Shown one piece after another: positions 48,225-51,509 of a stretch of DNA of 51,509 bases. The stretch spans positions 1 through 51,509 of the forward strand of contig JBEKYR010000040.1 of assembly GCA_049510745.1 (NCBI GenBank), given 5' to 3'. The stretch is from Verrucomicrobiota bacterium (GTDB taxonomy: Bacteria; Verrucomicrobiota; Verrucomicrobiia; Limisphaerales; Palsa-1400). A program made the position numbers and the translations under genes. Within the stretch, counting starts at the first letter, position 1. Every line of letters starts with the position of its first letter. The notes below the pieces were generated by a model. It saw only the letters and a program-made list of their open reading frames with translations. It was not told the DNA's origin and did no database searches.

Positions 48225-48239
48225 GCAAAGACTGTGCCA
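48225..48239 (-). promoter_or_regulatory. sigma54 promoter
   Basis: TGGCACAGTCTTTGC, a near-perfect -24/-12 consensus. Confidence 0.65.
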
Positions 48240-48467
48240 TGCCGGGGACGAAAATGGGGGAAGCGAAGTCCAGAGCAAAGCAGTTCCCGGTTTCCTTCCG
48301 GTCAAGGGGCTTGCGGGTGCAATTTTTCTCTTTAATCGGTGCTTCTTGCAAAACACAGACATGAAATTGTGCGAGACCGTACCCGTATGTCAGAATTTCC
48401 TCCAAACCGGGAGGGACTGCGTTTTGAAGTTGTATAAACGAATCAGCCGTTGTTGAATAAAAGATAT

Positions 48468-48935
48468 ATGAGTGCATCCAACGACCTAGACGCCCAAGCC
48501 AAAGAAGTCATAAGGCAGGAACAGTTTTGGTTTACGCTCACGACCGTCACTGTCACCCTTTTTGTCGGTACACAGCTCAAGACCCCCAGTGTGTGGGAGA
48601 TGAGAATCTCCCTTTGGTTCATCATCTGGCCTCTGGCGGTACTGACCTTTTACCTCGTTGTTGGCCGCCACAAGGCGTATTGTAACATTAACAATCGTAT
48701 CGACAGGAAGCCGGAAATCTGTTGGTATGGAGCTTTAAAGCACTTATTCAAAGAGAAAAGCGGAGCTCTTTATTGCTGCTCGGTTATCACCTTGGCGGCG
48801 ATTGGATTCACGGTAATTATTTTTTCGCGGCCTGTCGCGCCAGTTCCGCCGACTCAGGCAGCATCGCCCACATCAGCGGTGGTTCCCGTGACCATTCCGA
48901 TATCGACTACATTAATACCAGCGCAGAAACCATAA
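48468..48935 (+). CDS. Small AT-richer membrane protein (about 3 TM), unknown function
   Basis: Three hydrophobic segments, Pro/Thr-rich tail, composition visibly more AT-rich than the backbone. Confidence 0.6.
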   Translation: MSASNDLDAQAKEVIRQEQFWFTLTTVTVTLFVGTQLKTPSVWEMRISLWFIIWPLAVLTFYLVVGRHKAYCNINNRIDRKPEICWYGALKHLFKEKSGALYCCSVITLAAIGFTVIIFSRPVAPVPPTQAASPTSAVVPVTIPISTTLIPAQKP

Positions 48936-49027
48936 TCGGCACGATGTTCTCTTAGGTGGCATAATGGGTGCCGCGGTCTTGCGGTGGGCTTCCGCCCAGG
49001 GGGTTGCGCATCCACAAAGCCTCTCAT

Positions 49028-49414
49028 CTATTCGGCTTTATTTTTGGCGGGAGCGTGGACCGCGATTCGACTTGACCAGTCGGCATGGACGAACATGCGG
49101 GCGGCATCCCCGCGAGCCTTGAGAAACCCGATAATCCACCGCAAATTGTCTGCCGTCAACGAAAACCATTCACCGCGCCGCCTATGTCGTTTAAACAAAT
49201 CATGCAAATTGCGCTCATCCTCCTTGTCCGCCGGTATGGCAAAGCGCAAAATGGTTTCAGGAACTTCGGACTGTAACGTCCGCTCCCGCGTGAATGGCGT
49301 CTTACTACAGCCGATCTTGAAACTCTTGTTCCGAGGGTCTTCCATGATGTAAACATATCGAGTACAGCCACTCCTTTCCCTTTCGTGTATGAGCGCAGCC
49401 TCTTTTTCACGGCG
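49028..49414 (-). pseudogene. GIY-YIG/T5orf172-like nuclease domain fragment
   Basis: YVYIMED...FKIGCSKTPFTRERTLQ...ERNLHDLF...RGEWF; no native N-terminus. Confidence 0.75.
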
Positions 49415-49504
49415 TGCGCCGCCGTCCTGGTGTCCGAGCCAACGTGAGACAGTTGGGATGTCCACGCCGTTTTCAATGCAGCGGGTTGCGAACAAATGGC
49501 GCAA
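49415..49504 (-). pseudogene. Tyrosine recombinase C-terminal remnant
   Basis: LRHLFATRCIENGVDIPTVSRWLGHQDGGA (RH...LGH box); cut before the catalytic Tyr. Confidence 0.8.
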
Positions 49505-49783
49505 GGGGCATTCAGTGTTTCCTCTAAAATCGTTCAACAGGACAAGACGGGGTTCAACCCACAGCCACAAGGGCTTCCGCAAGGCCGCCGCTAGGCCGAG
49601 AGAACGAAAACAGACCCAAAAACCCGCAAAAATCCGACTTCATTTTCTCCACGATCCTGTGTTGTCCGCTCAAGTGGCGCGAAACTTCGCCGCGCCCTTT
49701 CTGGCGATGAAGTGTGCCGCGCATTGAAAGTCGTCCTAAATCCGCCTTGAAACGTGGCCGGGTTTGGTTGAATATAGAGGCAG

Positions 49784-49858
49784 GCCAGTTTAGCTCAGCG
49801 GTAGAGCAACGGTTTTGTAAACCGTAGGTCGTCGGTTCGAGCCCGACAACTGGCTCCA
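49784..49858 (+). tRNA. tRNA-Thr (UGU)
   Basis: Acceptor GCCAGTT/AACTGGC, D-arm, anticodon arm ACGGT-TTTGTAA-ACCGT, T-loop GTTCGAGC, encoded CCA. Confidence 0.97.
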
Positions 49859-49911
49859 TTTCCAACGTGTTGGAACACAATGGATTGAAGAGGAAAAAGC
49901 GGCAGCGGACA

Positions 49912-49980
49912 CCAAAATGGATACCAAGTTGGCCAGGATGCCAGAATCCTTCCAGAATGGTGCCAGAATGCTGCCAGAAG
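49912..49980 (+). repeat. CCAGAAT-type direct repeats, 11-bp period
   Basis: CCAGAA at 49941, 49952, 49963 and 49974; degenerate copies at 49912, 49924 and 49933. Confidence 0.8.
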
Positions 49981-50022
49981 CCGCTAACGCAAAGGCTTCG
50001 CACTTCATTACGATCAAAAGTT

Positions 50023-51045
50023 ATGAAGCGCTATCGTTTGGTTTATCGCGGAATCCGCAACGCCTATTACTGTTTCGACACCCATACCAAAAAGCGTGAA
50101 AGCCTCGGCACCGGGAATGCCGACGAAGCCCAACGCCTTGTTGACACCAAAAACGAGGCCGTGCAGCACCCGGAAATGAACCTGCAAATCGCCCAGGTCT
50201 ATTTGCAGCACAGCGACCCCGCTTTATCTGCCCGCACTTGGCAACAGGTCATGGAGAAGATTATTTCCCTCAAATCGGGGCCAACGCGCGAGCGGTGGGA
50301 ATACGCCATCGACGACCAGGCGTTCGATTTGATCCGGCACCGGAAACTTTTGCAAACCACGGCAGAGCATTTTCTCAACGTCCTTAACAAAGGCTCCGTA
50401 GCAACGAACGTCTTTCTGCGGCGCGCCCACAATTTTGCCATCGGAATGCACTGGCTGCCCTGGCCTGTTCTGCCGAAATTGCAATGGCCACCCGTCACCT
50501 ACAAAGAGAAACGCGCCATTACGCGCGAAGAACACCAGAGAATCATTCAGCGCGAGCGCAATCCCGAGCTCCGCGCTTTTTATGAATTGCTCTGGCATTT
50601 GGGCGGCTCTCAGACGGATATTGCAACGCTGTCAGCCGAGGACATCAACTGGACGGACCGCACGGTTTCGTTTCAACGCCGCAAAACCAAAGTTGCGGTG
50701 GTAATTTCATTCGGGCCGGAGGCGGCGACCATTCTGGAGACTCTGCCCAAGTCGGGTTTGTTATTTCCTTGGCTTTCCGGCTTGCACGAAAAGCACCGCG
50801 CAAAACATTTCGTCAAACGCTTGGCGACGGTAGGGGTAAAAGGCATTTCGTTGCATTCGTATCGCTACGCCTGGGCAGAGCGCGCCAAAGTCGTCGGTAT
50901 GCCGGAGAGATTTGCACAGCAGGCCCTTGGTCACAGTTCCAAGGCGTTTGCGCGGGCATATTCCAAAAATGCCAAGGTGGTTGTTCCCTCACTGGAGGAC
51001 TACGAAGCGAAGGTCATTCCGCTGCCTGTGGCAGTAAATCAATGA
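50023..51045 (+). CDS. Tyrosine recombinase/integrase
   Basis: N-terminal arm-binding-like RESLGTGNADEA; RRKTK, LHSYRY, ALGHSS, AYS; adjacent to a tRNA. Confidence 0.9.
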   Translation: MKRYRLVYRGIRNAYYCFDTHTKKRESLGTGNADEAQRLVDTKNEAVQHPEMNLQIAQVYLQHSDPALSARTWQQVMEKIISLKSGPTRERWEYAIDDQAFDLIRHRKLLQTTAEHFLNVLNKGSVATNVFLRRAHNFAIGMHWLPWPVLPKLQWPPVTYKEKRAITREEHQRIIQRERNPELRAFYELLWHLGGSQTDIATLSAEDINWTDRTVSFQRRKTKVAVVISFGPEAATILETLPKSGLLFPWLSGLHEKHRAKHFVKRLATVGVKGISLHSYRYAWAERAKVVGMPERFAQQALGHSSKAFARAYSKNAKVVVPSLEDYEAKVIPLPVAVNQ

Positions 51046-51389
51046 AGTCCATTGCCATTGGATGAAGCGACAAGAGGAAACGGGCTGCTCTTTGAAACAT
51101 CCGCAAAGCCGCCCTTCTGCCGCGTATTTCTCTTGTGCCAATGCTGGCTGATGGTTTGCGTCATCTTTGCCAGCCAGACCCGGTCTTTGGACATTTCCGT
51201 AACCTCTGCCGTCGAGAAGAACTTGATTCCGTTTTGCGGCGGGTTTCCGAGAGGTTTGAGCAGACGAGATGCAATGAGGATTGGCACGTCATGCGGCTGA
51301 CAGCCCAACACCCAGGCCGCTTGTTCCACAGTGAGCCGGGCCGGCGCCCGTCCAACCAACGCCAGAAATTGATGTTGTTCTTCTTTCAT
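51039..51389 (-). CDS. Small HTH-like protein (excisionase/regulator candidate)
   Basis: PARLTVEQAAWVLGCQPHDVPIL...LLKPLG; convergent with the integrase, overlapping its 3' end by 7 nt. Confidence 0.65.
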   Translation of the reverse strand: MKEEQHQFLALVGRAPARLTVEQAAWVLGCQPHDVPILIASRLLKPLGNPPQNGIKFFSTAEVTEMSKDRVWLAKMTQTISQHWHKRNTRQKGGFADVSKSSPFPLVASSNGNGLH

Positions 51390-51509
51390 ACGCACTGCCT
51401 TTGCTGGAACCGGAGCCGGTCACACCGACTCTGGCCGCCAATCACCACGACCAACCCAGTACAGAATTCATCTTCAAGTCACCCAGGGGGCGGGCGGGCG
51501 GCGCTGGCG

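Larger units (their letters stand above)
49859..51509. mobile_element. Left end of an integrative element inserted at tRNA-Thr
   Basis: Integrase 164 nt downstream of the tRNA 3' end, phased repeats, convergent HTH-like gene, lower GC. Confidence 0.75.

Noticed and set aside
49912..49980. Possible CRISPR-like repeat array
   Set aside because: Units are 6-7 bp at 11-bp period with no spacers of CRISPR size, and no cas genes are present.
51410..51434. Hairpin upstream of the HTH-like gene as a riboswitch or ncRNA
   Set aside because: It is a single imperfect stem with no recognisable family motif, and the context is truncated by the window end.

Overview
A GC-rich bacterial chromosomal segment, most likely Verrucomicrobiota subdivision 3 (Pedosphaerales/Limisphaerales-like). 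This assignment is inferred from Gloeo/Verruco (TIGR03803-type) propeller repeats, an 'ASTNLxxW...FYRA' C-terminal domain, PVC-type prepilins and the ECF and integrase families. The housekeeping backbone is SDR, DnaJ, GlpT-like MFS, clpS plus a DUF2017-like gene, mpl, fur, guaA, rnc, PGM/PMM, an orphan nuoA, lysE-pssA-psd-DAG kinase, ppdK, SCO and a TMTC-like TPR glycosyltransferase. There is also a sigma54-driven minor-pilin/pilM cluster, a 1348-aa secreted propeller plus plant-type LRR protein, and an extended SUF operon (sufBCDUTS, a Cys-less rhodanese and a second, IscU-type scaffold). About eight toxin-antitoxin cassettes or remnants are wedged between core genes. The window ends at tRNA-Thr(UGU), with a decayed island on its 5' side and an integrase-bearing element on its 3' side. 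Most notable observations: (1) the Xre-RES cassette is bracketed by an ungapped 61-bp duplication of the suf promoter, operator and start codon; (2) an SUF/ISC hybrid operon; (3) nested out-and-back repeats in the PilX-like protein; (4) pervasive leaderless promoters; (5) stacked TA modules that overwrite each other; (6) an integrase lacking the first catalytic Arg, preceded by helically phased repeats. All calls come from reading the sequence by eye; no searches were run.
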